The notes below the pieces were generated by a model. It was not told the DNA's origin. It saw nothing but the letters and a program-made list of their open reading frames with translations, and made no database searches. The position numbers and the translations under genes are program-made. Below are positions 1 to 12,900 of a stretch of 64,000 bases of DNA, piece by piece. This stretch comes from Owenia fusiformis (lineage: Eukaryota), in the NCBI GenBank assembly GCA_903813345.2, contig CAIIXF020000001.1, forward strand, positions 48,794,001 to 48,858,000. The letters run 5' to 3'. Every line of letters begins with the position of its first letter. Within the stretch, counting starts at the first letter, position 1.

Positions 1-10
1 TCAAATGAGG

Positions 11-1387
11 TAGGGGAAATGGTCCTATCATCGCACGGGTACTCTGGAAGGCTACTGACAGTTTCAAAAATGATAACTTCTTCTATAATTTAAATTGTGT
101 TTGAAATTTCTCAATCTCTGAAAGCTAACACTTTAAGACCCCTTAGACTCGCATGTGTGGTGGTCCTAATTATCGCACAGTCATCCTAATTATCGCACGC
201 TTGTGTTTTGAGTGTTATTTCATGATACTGGATACATTTCACTGTTAATAATAGGTGTATACATATGCTATAATCATTTTTCTATCAGTTTTCGTGTAAA
301 CAACTATCAACAAAATCTACATAATTCACTTACTTTTCTGTCTTTATTTGGAGGGGGTCAAACTTTGTCAGATGAATTTCACTTCTTGCGCAATCGCATT
401 TATGACAATAGCAGAAGTAAATAATTTTCAAAAATGAAGAGATATTTCTAAATATATTTATAAATCATGAAGATTGGAAGATTGGTGAACATAAATAATT
501 ACTAACACTAGGAAAAAGACATTCTATCACATGTCATAAATTCTTACCTCAGTGAATTGAGTGCTCTATTTTCTCCATCCCAAAACGTACAAATATAGAG
601 GAATTTGTGTCCATAATGAAAAATAGGAACTTAAAAATTTGAAGCAATATTCACATGTGAATGCCGACTCTTCAAATGTTGAGGTGATTTTGGTGCCCGA
701 TTACACCAAGGAGGATTGGCTCCCAGAATGCAACATGACACGTGCAAGCTTTCAAAATGCTGTTCCGCCATTTTGAAACCTGTCACGAGTAAATAAGGTT
801 AACTGATGTTGCATTCTGGGAGTCAATCCACCTTGGATCACAAACATGGCGATCCATGAAAACATTCGTTCGATTTGGTAAGAATTTGGTAAGAATTTAT
901 CCATCATTTGCAGGTATGAAGATTTGGATTCATTTATTGTGCTACTTAAAGTGAACGGGAATTATATTTCTCTACCGCTTGGGAGAGTTTGAGACATGAA
1001 ACTTAGAATTTAGCTCATTGTGACAACTTTTGATGGTTGAGGTTTATCAATGTCTCCCACTGTAATGGTGTTGAGCTGGTACCACTGGTTTAAAAGATGT
1101 ATAGTGCATTTTTAGCTACTTAGGGCAATTGTGCGATTATTAGGACTCACCCTAAATAAGACACTCTTTGTTGTTTTGAATTTCCCTTTAAATTGCCCAG
1201 TATTCTTATTTTTATTGATGTAAACATAATAAACTCACCTTCATTGATCATTACACGCAGTCCTAGTTCATACATTCGTCTACTTCGCAGGATATTTATT
1301 CACAAAAGAGTTAAAAATAAAACTGAAAGAAATATTTTACAACAAGCTTCCATCTTGACTAAATTAGATCTAGGACCGTTTTCCCTA
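11..1387. mobile_element. Old TIR element(s) with subterminal TCCTAATTATCGCAC repeats
   Basis: Left end TAGGGGAAATGGTCCTATCATCGCAC (11-36). Inverted matches GTGCGATTATTAGGACTCACCCTA (1131-1154) and TAGGACCGTTTTCCCTA (1371-1387); which one is the true right end is ambiguous. Confidence 0.5.
525..1062 (+). mobile_element. 5'-truncated copy of the CAGTGGGG MITE found at 2853-3426
   Basis: Colinear similarity to about 2903-3426, the same internal hairpin, ends CCCACTG-TA. Confidence 0.8.
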
Positions 1388-1651
1388 TGATTTGTCTAAT
1401 AATTTTCTAAATTGGCTGCACAATCGTCATTTTGAAGTATGCAATTTTGTAAGTTGACATATCTTCTGGATTATTCTTTGAGCTTCTGATCCTACTACAA
1501 AAGAATCTGGACGGGTTTTATGGTATAGTCTAGATTCTAGAAGGGGCTAGCAAAGGAAGGCTAGAAAAAATGAGCCTAGAGTCCATTTCACTGCTTCATT
1601 CGTCAGTAGAACGGCAAAAATAAGAAATTGGGAGACCATTGTGCAATAATA

Positions 1652-2122
1652 CTGTAGATTAGGTTAATTTGGCGCCCGCTTTAATTTGGCGAATTTGGCG
1701 AAATTGAAAAAGTCGCCAATATAAATCTTCGCCAAAATTTAGAATGAATCCCCGGGAATTATCCAGGGTATTTCGTCCAGTGTATTTAGGTCACTTCCGG
1801 TTTAGTTTTTTCCAAAAATATGAAAAATATCTCATAAATTGGCTCAGAACTGGTCAGTCACCCATTAATACTCGGGGGAAAAACTAAAAAGGAAAAGCGC
1901 GGTATAGTAGCAGCATCGATCGAGGTGCAAAATGTAAAGGATGATCTCACAAAAATGTACAAACATGGTGAATATCGCCAGTGGTCCTCAAAAGAAAAAA
2001 TGAACATAGCCAAACATGCCCAATTTTTTGCATACATGTATCCGCCAAATTAAATAGCCGCCAATATGCCAAAAATGGCAAAATCGCCAAATTAAGTAGC
2101 GCAAAATTAACCCAATCTACAG
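1652..2122. mobile_element. Tc1/mariner/pogo-type MITE (CTGTAGATT TIR, TA TSD)
   Basis: TA|CTGTAGATTAGGTTAATTTGGCG ... CGCAAAATTAACCCAATCTACAG|TA. The empty site GCAATAATATATGG is visible in the sister repeat near 2385-2398. Confidence 0.92.
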
Positions 2123-2310
2123 TATATGGAAAAGTATATTCATAATGTACATGAATGACATTTGTATATTTCAGATTTTTTTAGTTTTTTGTGCAATAAG
2201 CCTGTGCCGTCTTGTAATTTGAAGAATTTCAGCCATGTTAATCTTATTGAAAATAACATGGCAGAGAAACATCCAAATATAAGAGGCCACACACTTTAAA
2301 AGCCAAACTA

Positions 2311-2710
2311 GAGTCCATTTCACTGCTTCATTTCATCATTAGACATGTTAGAACGGCAAAAATAAGAAATTGGGAGACCATTGTGCAATAATATATGGAA
2401 AAGTATATTCATAATGTACATGAATGACATTTGTATATCTTGGATTGCTTCTAGTTTGGCTTATAAAGCGTGTGGCCTCTTATATTTCGATGTTTCTCTG
2501 CCATGTTATTTTCAATTAGATTAACATGGCTGAAATTCTTCAAATTACAAGACGGCACAGGCTTATTGCACCAAAAACTAAAAAATCTGAAATATACAAA
2601 TGTCATTCATGTACATTATGAATATACTTTTCCATATATTATTGCACAATGGTCTCCCAATTTCTTATTTTTGCTGTTCTACTGACGAAATGAAGCAGTG
2701 AAATGGACTC
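2311..2710. mobile_element. Second copy of the same GAGTCC MITE, inverted and nested in the first
   Basis: 400 bp, TA on both sides (2309-2310, 2711-2712); its sequence is the reverse complement of the reconstructed outer copy. Confidence 0.88.
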
Positions 2711-2852
2711 TAGAAGCAATCCAAGATATACAAATGTCATTCATGTACATTATGAATATACTTTTCCATATATTATTGCACAATGGTCTCCCAATTTCTT
2801 ATTTTTGCCGTTCTACTGACGAAATGAAGCAGTGAAATGGACTCTACACATA

Positions 2853-3426
2853 CAGTGGGGATCATAAAGAATTGCAAAAGCTATGAAAATTACATGATGT
2901 CGCACATGTAATAAATTCTTACCTCAGTGTATTCAGTGCTCTATTTTCTCCGTCTGAGTAAGTCCAAATATAGTGGAATTTGTGTCCCTAATGACAAATA
3001 AGAACTTCAAAAGTTGAAGTGGATATTCACATGTTATGCCGACTCTTCAAATGTTGAGGTGATTTTGGCGCCCGATTGCGCCGGAACGGAGGATTGGCTC
3101 CCAGAATGCAACATGACACGTGCCAGCTTTCAAAATGCTGTTCCGCCATTTCGAAACCTGTCATGAGTAAATACGGTAACTGATGTTGCATTCTGGGAGT
3201 CAACCTTCCTTGGATAACAAACATGGCGATTCATGAAAACATTCATTCGATTTGGTAGGGATTTATCCAATTTTTTGCAGGTATGAAGCTTTGGATTCAT
3301 TTATTGTGCTACTTTAGTGAACGGGAATTATTTTTCTACAGCTTGGGAGAGTTTGAGACACGAAACTTTGAAATTAGCTCATTGTGACAACTTGTGAACG
3401 TTGACTTTTATTTTTGTCCCCCACTG
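2853..3426. mobile_element. Tc1-type MITE (CAGTGGGG TIR, TA TSD) with internal hairpin
   Basis: TA|CAGTGGGGATCATAAA ... TTTATTTTTGTCCCCCACTG|TA; internal inverted repeat CTCCCAGAATGCAACAT / ATGTTGCATTCTGGGAG. Confidence 0.88.
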
Positions 3427-3846
3427 TATGTACAGTAAACAGAAAATCTCTGAGAAAATAATTTGATCTTCATCATCCAAACACGTATGCATAAAAAAGA
3501 AAAAAACATGAAATTTCTATGCAATGCCGCTTTGAATGTTCTACATGCAGATCATGGTAATACTTACAAAAAGATCTGAAGTTCACTTTCTAGTTCTTCA
3601 AATCTGAAATCAAAGATGGTGGACTTTGACCATGAATTATTTCAGTTTCTCAAAAACTGATAAAGTTTCTTTGATCAAGTATGAATCCATTCAAGGATGG
3701 TCATTTACAAAATAAAAGTAAAAAAATTAACATATATGACATAGGCCAAAACATTGTTAAACTTACAAATTCTGAACTAAATTTTAGAGACGTTTGACTC
3801 AGAATTGTGGAAATTCTAAAATTAATGCTCTCCAGTTAAGGTGAAG

Positions 3847-3855
3847 GTCACATGA
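3847..3855 (+). promoter_or_regulatory. Candidate MITF/TFEB M-box (CLEAR-like E-box) upstream of cystinosin
   Basis: GTCACATGA (reverse TCATGTGAC) about 130 bp upstream of the predicted ATG; motif match only. Confidence 0.35.
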
Positions 3856-3980
3856 AAAAGAAAACACGAACACGGATTTTTGATTCTCTCCTGAATTTAG
3901 TCGATTATATGACTAAATATGTATATAAGGACGTAAAATGCGCAGTGAATCACACACAGATTCATTACGCTCATTCCAAT

Positions 3981-6900
3981 ATGCAGTTTGACCCATTTTC
4001 CTTCAGGAAACCGGGACTGGTTTATAGTTTAGTTTCTGGATTTGTTTTGTTGGCTTCTCTCATTGGATGGCTATGGTGGAGTCCAATCTGGGAAGATAGT
4101 TCAACCATACATCAGACAGGTAAGACTTAATATTTTCATTTACACTGTATAAACAGATGTCAGTGGAAATTAAGAATCATCCTTATAATTCCCCTAACAA
4201 TTTTGGCCCCAAAAATAACAAATTTAGATAGACTACCGGCCAATGTCTAGATCTACCATTTAGTTCAACAACATTAAACTCAATAACAGCGTTCTTTACT
4301 ATTTGGAATTTTCTTGATAGCCATTATTGAGTTTAACCTCCTTACTATACTTTTCCTAGTCACAAGTTCTGGATCTATCAAAACCAATTTTCCTCGATAT
4401 GTAACTGATACTTGACAATAATATAAAAACACATAACATCAAGCGATTTCACACAACATTATTGCATTAAATCTCCATTTAAACTAGTAAAATTTATAGG
4501 TTAGAGACTTCAAAAGAGTTTCCCATAGATGAACATTATAACATTTTACCCTCTATCTTCTTAACAGTTAGTATCTAACCCTAGTGCAACATACCACAGT
4601 GTTCGGGAGAGACTTGCCTCGTCTGCTATAACAAACTTACCATAGGTTGTCCATCGAATTTTTAGATTTCCCACTGAACTTTGACATGTTTTCAGATAAA
4701 TTAGGACTTACCTTACAAATATTAAGCCCCGATTCACTTTCCAAATGCCAGATGGCGCTCCAATGGGGTAGGGAAGGAGAAAATGACTTTTTATACAGAA
4801 AACCAAATCACTAGCAGGACTATATCCTAATAGTAAACTGAATTAGTAAATGTTTTCTTGCAACATGGTTATATTAGCATTTTGTAGGCATGAGGCATTA
4901 TCCCGATCACAATGGTATATAACAATGCTATATTTGAGAAAATGCACGGGGGAAGAATCAATCCTTATCGACACAGGTCCTTTTAGCAAAATTCAGGAAA
5001 TTTGATTTTGAGATCTCTTGAAATCTCTTTGGGGTAGGGGTACACCTTACAGATTGCATCACAGATTGAGTACACCCTGATTCACTTCCCAAACGCCATA
5101 TGGCGCTCCAATGGGGTAGGGAAGGAGAAAATGTCTTTTTATACAGAAAACCAAATCACTAACGGTAACCGCTAGTATTCTTACGCAGGACTATATCCAT
5201 ACGCTAAAATTAAACTAGAAGCAAAATGAAATTGTTGTCAAATAAATTGATAAATATTATAGCGATTATTGCAAACCTACCATTTGTTAATTCAATGTCA
5301 TTAATGACGGTATATTTCTGATACGATTTGCCATAAGACAGGTCAGATAAGAAACGTGGCCCCAGACTAGGTCTAACGTTGTTGGACTACTTACTAGTAT
5401 CTTGCGATATATTCTTTGATGCCTTAGGTTGTGAAACCCCAACAAACATGATAGTGGAGACTTTAACTTCGTTTTTACTGTTGTAATTCAACACATCATT
5501 GCAGATCCTTTATATATCAATATGTCAATTAGAAGACAACATAAATTAATAAATACCCTAAGATAATGTCTTCAAGAAAGTTGATTTTGAATAGCCTGAG
5601 TGGCTTCAGCCACTCTCCTTCAATATTGGACATTGATTTCCAGGGGTGTCCTCTTCTATACTCTGTTGCAAATGTCCGCAAAACATGAGTAAAGATTGAG
5701 TTTTCTTTGCTGTTTGAACAGTTTATTGTAAAATATATTTACTTATTTATTTAATATTTATCAAATGGGCAGCTTTTGTTCTTCAGGATACTAAAAACTG
5801 GGATCTATTTCTTGTGCTTTTCCATGATTCTAACAAAAAAAACTTATTTATAAACAATAACTTATGACAAAGCTCTATCTCTTTGTCCAATGTACAGTTT
5901 TCGGTTGATCTCCAGTATAGTAAAACCTGAACATCCCTAAGGTACTCCTCTCTGCAAGGAAAAATTTCAACAGATTCAAATATTTTTTAACTTGTTAATG
6001 ACCTCTCTGTAAGGAATACCTGTTTACTGGAAACAAGGAACAGTGTTTTAAGGCAATATTGAATTCACCTGTCCACATAAACAATCGGTTACACTGCACA
6101 TCCTATTGTTTTTAGATGTGTGAATGATTGAAGCCAATATCTGATTCTAATCAGCCTAGATTAAAATAAATAAGATAACGATAAGCCAATTATTAAAAGG
6201 AAGTAACATACCACCTACTGTTGATTGCCCCAATATTTTGGAAAATCATAATAATCTGTTATTAATTGAGATTACACTTATGCTTTTTAAACAAAGTTTC
6301 AGGTTTTCAAAAAAAAAAAAGATTCAGGTTTCATCTAGAGTTAATAAAAATATTTTGAAGATTCATGTTAATGGATAAAATTGGGTATCAGTGTGAAATA
6401 GAGATGTCTTTGCATAATGCAAAGTCTGTTCAAAACAATTCAAAAATTTTAATTTTTGACATCATTTTATTTTAGTTTAGTACCAGTATGACCTCAAAAG
6501 GTATAGCTGAATATATTTGGGAGAGAAAATAATATACCCATTGCATGGAATAAGTAATTTTCTTTGGTATAATGAAACATCAGAGTAAAATAATTATTGA
6601 ATTTTTCTTTGTGTTTTTATGAAAAATAGCATGCTCCCTCACGCCAGACAAATCTTTCTAATCCAACCCGTGAAAACATTGTTTCACTCCAAAGTGAAAT
6701 GTACCATTGTTAACTGTTCTAAAAAGTCTTCTTTGTAAACCCCAAGTTCTAAACAACATCTTTCTACATATTTATCAGCTTGTAAAGGTTAATGCATTTT
6801 CTGTTCTTTTCTCTGTTTTAGTTATCATAGAAAAAAGATAAGACATCAAAAACAATAAACATTATGCATGTACATATTCTGTTCAACAATTTTGATGTGT

Positions 6901-9900
6901 TGTTTGGAGCAAAACATAGACCTTCTCTGTGAAGGAGATTTGTTTCCAAGGGATGCTTTCACCCAGTAACACACAGAGAGTGTTCCCTGTACACAATTTT
7001 TGCTATAATGCTACGTTTGTAGTAAACCAATCATAACTTGCCAACACGGTGTGAAGTAATCCATGCATAGAGCGATTTACTCTTAGTAGAATGAACAAAT
7101 AGATAGAAATAATCATGTTTTATTTGTAATATTCAAATAACACAACATAATTTCATTTCTGATATCTGTATTGATTTACTTTACAAAGCCTTCATCGTAA
7201 TAGATAGTAGATACATTGTTACTCATGATCATCATTCATTAAAACATAATATTATGAAGCATTTTAAAGAAGCCGAGAAATAAAATTATTATTATTATTG
7301 TATCTTCTTTCTTACTTTCGATATAGTCTTATAAAGAGAAGGATAAGTGTTCACTTTTAAATGGGAATTTATCTACAATGTTGTTTTATTTACAGATATA
7401 ACTATATTATCCAACTTAATTTAATATTATTTTGCATGATAACAATTCAAGGTTTTTTTGATTATAGGAAATAGGGATGATTCCTCCCACCTAATAAAAA
7501 TGAGGGGTTTTGTAAAAGGCAGCAAGCAGGGTTGCGATATTTATCAAATTCAACTCCTCCAGTCTAAATCCCCTACAGTAAAATCAAAAATGTACATGGA
7601 AATCATTATTGTTGATAAACTATACTATATAATATCACTAAAGAATTCTCAATTGTTATTTTGTGTTTTCAGAGAGTCCACTGATCATATCCTCTAAAGA
7701 TGTCATCTTCCAAGTTGGTTCTGGGGGCTACCTCAGCATAAGGCCAAGGTAAGCACTGCTACTAAATTAGTAAAAACCTGACATGAATCATTGACTAACA
7801 GTGTAGTTAGCCTTTTACTTGTGTCTCAGTGTTGTATAATCTCTCATACTTTATTATCTCCAATAGACGCACACCCGACTTTTCCAAGAAAGACTGGCAA
7901 CTTGAGTAACAAAAATCAAGAAAAAATAAAATTTATTCGAAAATCTGACTGAGCGATAATAGGGTTAATATTGAATAATTCACTTCAATCTGACTGAAGC
8001 TTATCGATCTCCATTTGACACCCGCAGTGCATCATGGGAGTTTTGATATTTCTCCACCATTTCCCATAAACAAACATTCAATCCTTAATGCTCGGAAAGA
8101 TTGAAGTGGATGTTTTATCATCGATATTCACTTGTATCTCAATTAATCCACAGAACACATTCAGCAGATCAATAAATGGATGAGGAAAACCTGAGTTATG
8201 ATATTATAAGTTATTGAATGATTTGAAGTGCAATATAGGATATATTCTGTTCGAGAAATTTTGTATTGGAACGAGACGAAGTCGAGTGCCAATACATAAT
8301 ATCGAGAGCAGAATATATCCTGTATTGCACTTCAAATCATTCAATAACGTTTTTATCGTGTGCTCTTCTGGATTGCTACTGAGATTGTCCCTCCGTACCA
8401 ATATTTTCTGTATTGCGACGGAGATGATCAACGGGGACAATCTCAGTAGCAATACAGATTGGTACAGCACAAGAACTGACCAATCAGAGGGCTTCATTTT
8501 ACAGATCATACGATAATATGTTATACAGTCCAGTTTTAAAGAGGAAAATCATGATACACCCTATTATCGCCCATATATTTATTATGTCACCACCAAAAGT
8601 GGTGACATATTGTTATGGTCTCCGTTTTTTTGCGACGGCGTCCGGCGGTTGGCGTCCGGCGTCTGTAACAATTTCTTACAACTTCCTATAACTTAACAAA
8701 TACTGTTTTGACTGACTTCAATTTTTTTCTAAATCATCTACATGTTCTCAGAAGTTCAAATCTGACTTTAGATTTGACATTTGACCTTCAATGACCTTCT
8801 CAAGGTCAAAAAGGTATTTTTTCAACTTGCTTCACATTGACTAAATTTTTTTTCAAAATCATCTACATGTTCTCAGAAATTCAAATCTGACTTTAGATTT
8901 GACATTTGACCTTCAAATCTGACTTTAGATTTGACATTTGACCTTCAATGACCTTCTCAAGGTCAAAAAAGGTCAAAAAGGTCTGTTTTCAACTTGCTTC
9001 AAATTGACTAAATTTTTTTTTCAAAATCATCTACGTGTTCTCAGAAATTCAAATCTGACTTAATATTTGACTTAAGATTTGACATTTGACCTTCAATGAC
9101 CTTCTCAAGGTCAAAAAAGGTCAAAAAGGTCTGTTTTCAACTTGCTTCAAATTGACTAAAAAAAAATTTCAAAATCATCTACGTGTTCTCAGAAATTCAA
9201 ATCTGACTTTAAATTTCACTTAAGATTTGACATTTGACCTTCAATGACCTTCTCAAAGTCAAAAAAGGTCAAAAAGGTCTTTTTTCAACTTGCTTCAAAT
9301 TGACTAAATTTTTTTTTCAAAATCATCTACATGTTCTCAGAAATTCAAATCTGACTTTAGATTTGACATTTGACCTTCAATGACCTTCTCAATGTCAAAA
9401 AAGGTCAAAAAGGTATTTTTTCATCTTGCTTCAAATTGACTAAATTTTTTTTCAAAATCATCTACATGTTCTCAGAAATTCAAATCTGACTTTAGATTTG
9501 ACATTTCACCTTTAATGACCTTCTCAAGGTTCAAAAAGGTCAAAAAGGTCTGTTTTCAACTTGCTTCAAATTGACCAAATTTTTTTTCAAAATCATCTAC
9601 ATCTTTTCAGAAGTTCAAATTTGACTTTACAAGTTCTCAGAAATTCAAATCTGACTTAAGTTTGAACTCATAATATTGTGAGCAACTAGGTGGTGACATT
9701 TTGTCATGTTAATGCCTTGTCTTAGAATTTGGTCGATGCACGGTGCGTTTATTAGAGAGAATATGGTATTTGTGTTATAACTATTCTATTTACCATTGTA
9801 AAAAGCATGCTAATCACAAGTGTTTCCCACATTTTTATCTATGTCGGAAATCAATCAATGAAGAGAATTCTTTTTATTTCAGAGAGCCACTTCTTGAAGA

Positions 9901-12900
9901 AGCTGAAATAAAAATAGTGTTTGATGATCCAGAAATCGTAGACACCATAGGAACATTCACAATCCCACCTGCCTCACTTAGGGAAATATTCGTGCCTTTA
10001 CACTCCAAAAATGGAATTGCCGGACATTGCGTTATGTCCCTCCAGACTAAAAATAAAGAAATCAAGAATTTATATATGATTAAAGTGAAGATTCGTGTAG
10101 TGCAAAGTGTTCTGTTTGGATATTTGAGCGTCGCACTTGGTTGGCTGTATTTTCTTGCTTGGAGCATTTCATACTATCCACAGATCACGAAAAACTATAG
10201 GCGTAAATCTGTTGTGGGATTCAGTCTTGATTATGTGTTCCTAAATCTTATGGGACATATATTTTATGGCATCTTTAATGTGAATCTATACTGGAATACA
10301 TATATTCAGGTAAATTTTTGTTATTTTATAATAGTTAGGTATTTACACAATCTCAGGGCCTTATAAACAACCACAAGGAAAGGCAAATTTCTGGGATCTT
10401 CCGTTTACATATATATAAATTGTAGTATATCAGTTGTATTATGTATTGTTTAGGCTATGCTTTTAATTGATTAACCATATACGTACTTGTACCAGCCTGA
10501 CTTATAGGTTGAATTATTTGAATTAGTGTTTTATACAAGTCCCTGTATTGTATATCCCCTCCCCTCATCCCATTTTCTTATGTGATGAGAGGTGTAGAGA
10601 GAATACAGTTGATGTAGAACAAGCTAAATTAATGTCAATCAGAACACTCTACATTACATCAATGAGTACATTGACTATAATTCATGTTTTGGATTTTATT
10701 TCAGAAACAATATGCCAAGCGGCACCCAAGAGGTGACATTCCTGTGCACTCCAATGACTATGTGTTCTCTCTGAATGCTGTTCTCATGATGACAATATTA
10801 ACAATCCAGTGTGCAATATATGATAGAGGGGACCAAAGAGTAGGCCGGGTTAATCTATGTATTATAGGTACAGTGAATTCACATTTTTCTCTTATTTTTG
10901 GCCATATACAAATTACCATTGTTCTTACACACAGTGACACTTTGTTGTTTTTTGTTCCTCTTCTTGGTGATACCCTTGATTTTCTGCTTAAAAATAAGGG
11001 TACAACTACAAACTAGCATGATTCTCTTGAAATTTACAGTATGGACAATTTGTAATTGCAAACCTTCATTTCTTTATTATGCTTTAATAACTTCAACATT
11101 TTGTATTACAAGCCTGAGTTAAACAAGATAGACATTGACTTATAATGCTATAAACAAAGCAGCTACAAATCATACAAATGTTCATGTTTTTAAAATTCTA
11201 TAAATAATAAAAAATGTATTTAAATATTTTATGCTACATTACAGGTGTGTGTTGTTCAGCTACATTGTTTGGTTTATTCAGTGCATGGACAGGCCACACT
11301 CCCTGGCTAGACTTTCTATATTTCCTGTCATATGTTAAAGTAGCCACAGTGCCTGTTAAATTCATACCACAGGTGAGTTAAACATTGCCTGTTAAATATA
11401 TACAGTAGAACCTGTGTACATGGATCACCCTTGGGACCACAAAAAGTGTTCCACTTGTGAGGTGTTCCACTGACAGAGGTTCATTTAACATGGAGTCAAT
11501 GGGCTACATGATTTTTAAAAACCTGTTCTACTTGTTGGGTGTTTCACTTACAAAGTTGTTCCATTTAGCAGTTTCTACTGTACCTCAGATGAGTTAAATA
11601 TTGCCTGTTAAATACATTCATGTCTATTAAATGTATGCCTTGAGTGAATAATGTTGTCTGTATTGTATGAGACGGAAAACTATATTGACCGTGGGTAAAA
11701 GGGATATTCAAAGAATAGGATAAAAGTAAGAAATTATTTTAATTTGAATGATTTAAATTGACACAATTACTGGGATTAAAATTTGGCTTTAAGTTTTTAT
11801 GCAGTTATAATTTCCCTATGTTAATTCATATTTATGTTGTAAAATTGTAATAGAAACTATGCTGCATTATTAATAGGGTTATAATTGCGCAACCTGCACA
11901 TTTTATTTATTTAGCTTTTGGATTAAACTAAGTCCATTATCTTAAAATGCGGAAAGCAACAAATTGACTTCATAAAATATACATGCAGGTGCTATCTTTG
12001 TACGCAACAGGTGTTTCCCTTAATATTAGATACATGTCATTAAAAAGCCCTCATCACTACTGTGAATATATTAATTACATGTATTGAATGCTAATAATCC
12101 TAATCTTTAGTTGGTGTATTCATTAAAAGCTCAATGATAAAGATGAATTAATAGAAAGTCAAGATTCCATTAAGTAAATGGTAAATTTCACATGATTTGA
12201 CATTTCACTTGATGTTTTGTGATACTCTCAAAGTCTCACACTGAGTTGATGAATATATTTTATGTGCAAAGTTTTGTCAACCTATAAGTTATTTTATATC
12301 CAATCAAATTGGTGATTTTGACTATTATTTCAGTAGGGTATATACAGGGTGGGCCAAAAAGAAAAGAACCAATACCCAACTTTAAATCAGAATGAAATAG
12401 CTATGTTCAATATGATACATTGACTTATATATCATTTTAAAGGTAATACATTTTCGAACAATTTATTATAACACCATGTCGTGAAATCAATATACAGGGT
12501 GGTCCAAAAAAAATTGGAACATTTGTTAATTGAACACAAAACCTTTATTTTTCCTCTAAAATGCACCAAAATTTTACTGAGCATAGTTCAGTCACTTATC
12601 TCTCTGATGTAAAGTTTATAGATGCAAACCACAAAGTTAATGCATTAAACTAGTCAATGTTTGATATGGCCCCCTTTTCTTAAATATACACTTGTCAATT
12701 TCGCAGCTACTTTTTCAAGTATTCTTTATTTTAAAGCTTTAATTAACATGTTGATTGCTATACAAATTTTATAAAAATCATATTTAGTTGACATGAGGTA
12801 TTAACATCTATGGTTTACTGAAAAACTATTGTATTATTGTCAACTTAAGAATACCCCAAATCATTATTTTTTATTTAAGAGTAGGAAAGAAAGAACATGT

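Larger units (their letters stand above)
1579..2844. mobile_element. TA-flanked MITE (GAGTCCATTTCACTGCTTCA TIR), outer copy hosting two insertions
   Basis: TA|GAGTCC at 1577-1584 and GGACTC|TA at 2839-2846; TIRs longer than 100 bp. Confidence 0.88.

Noticed and set aside
8204..8516. Pair of similar ORFs on opposite strands
   Set aside because: Artefact of a DNA palindrome.
8700..9660. CRISPR-like regular repeats
   Set aside because: No unique spacers, eukaryotic context and no cas genes; it is a tandem satellite.
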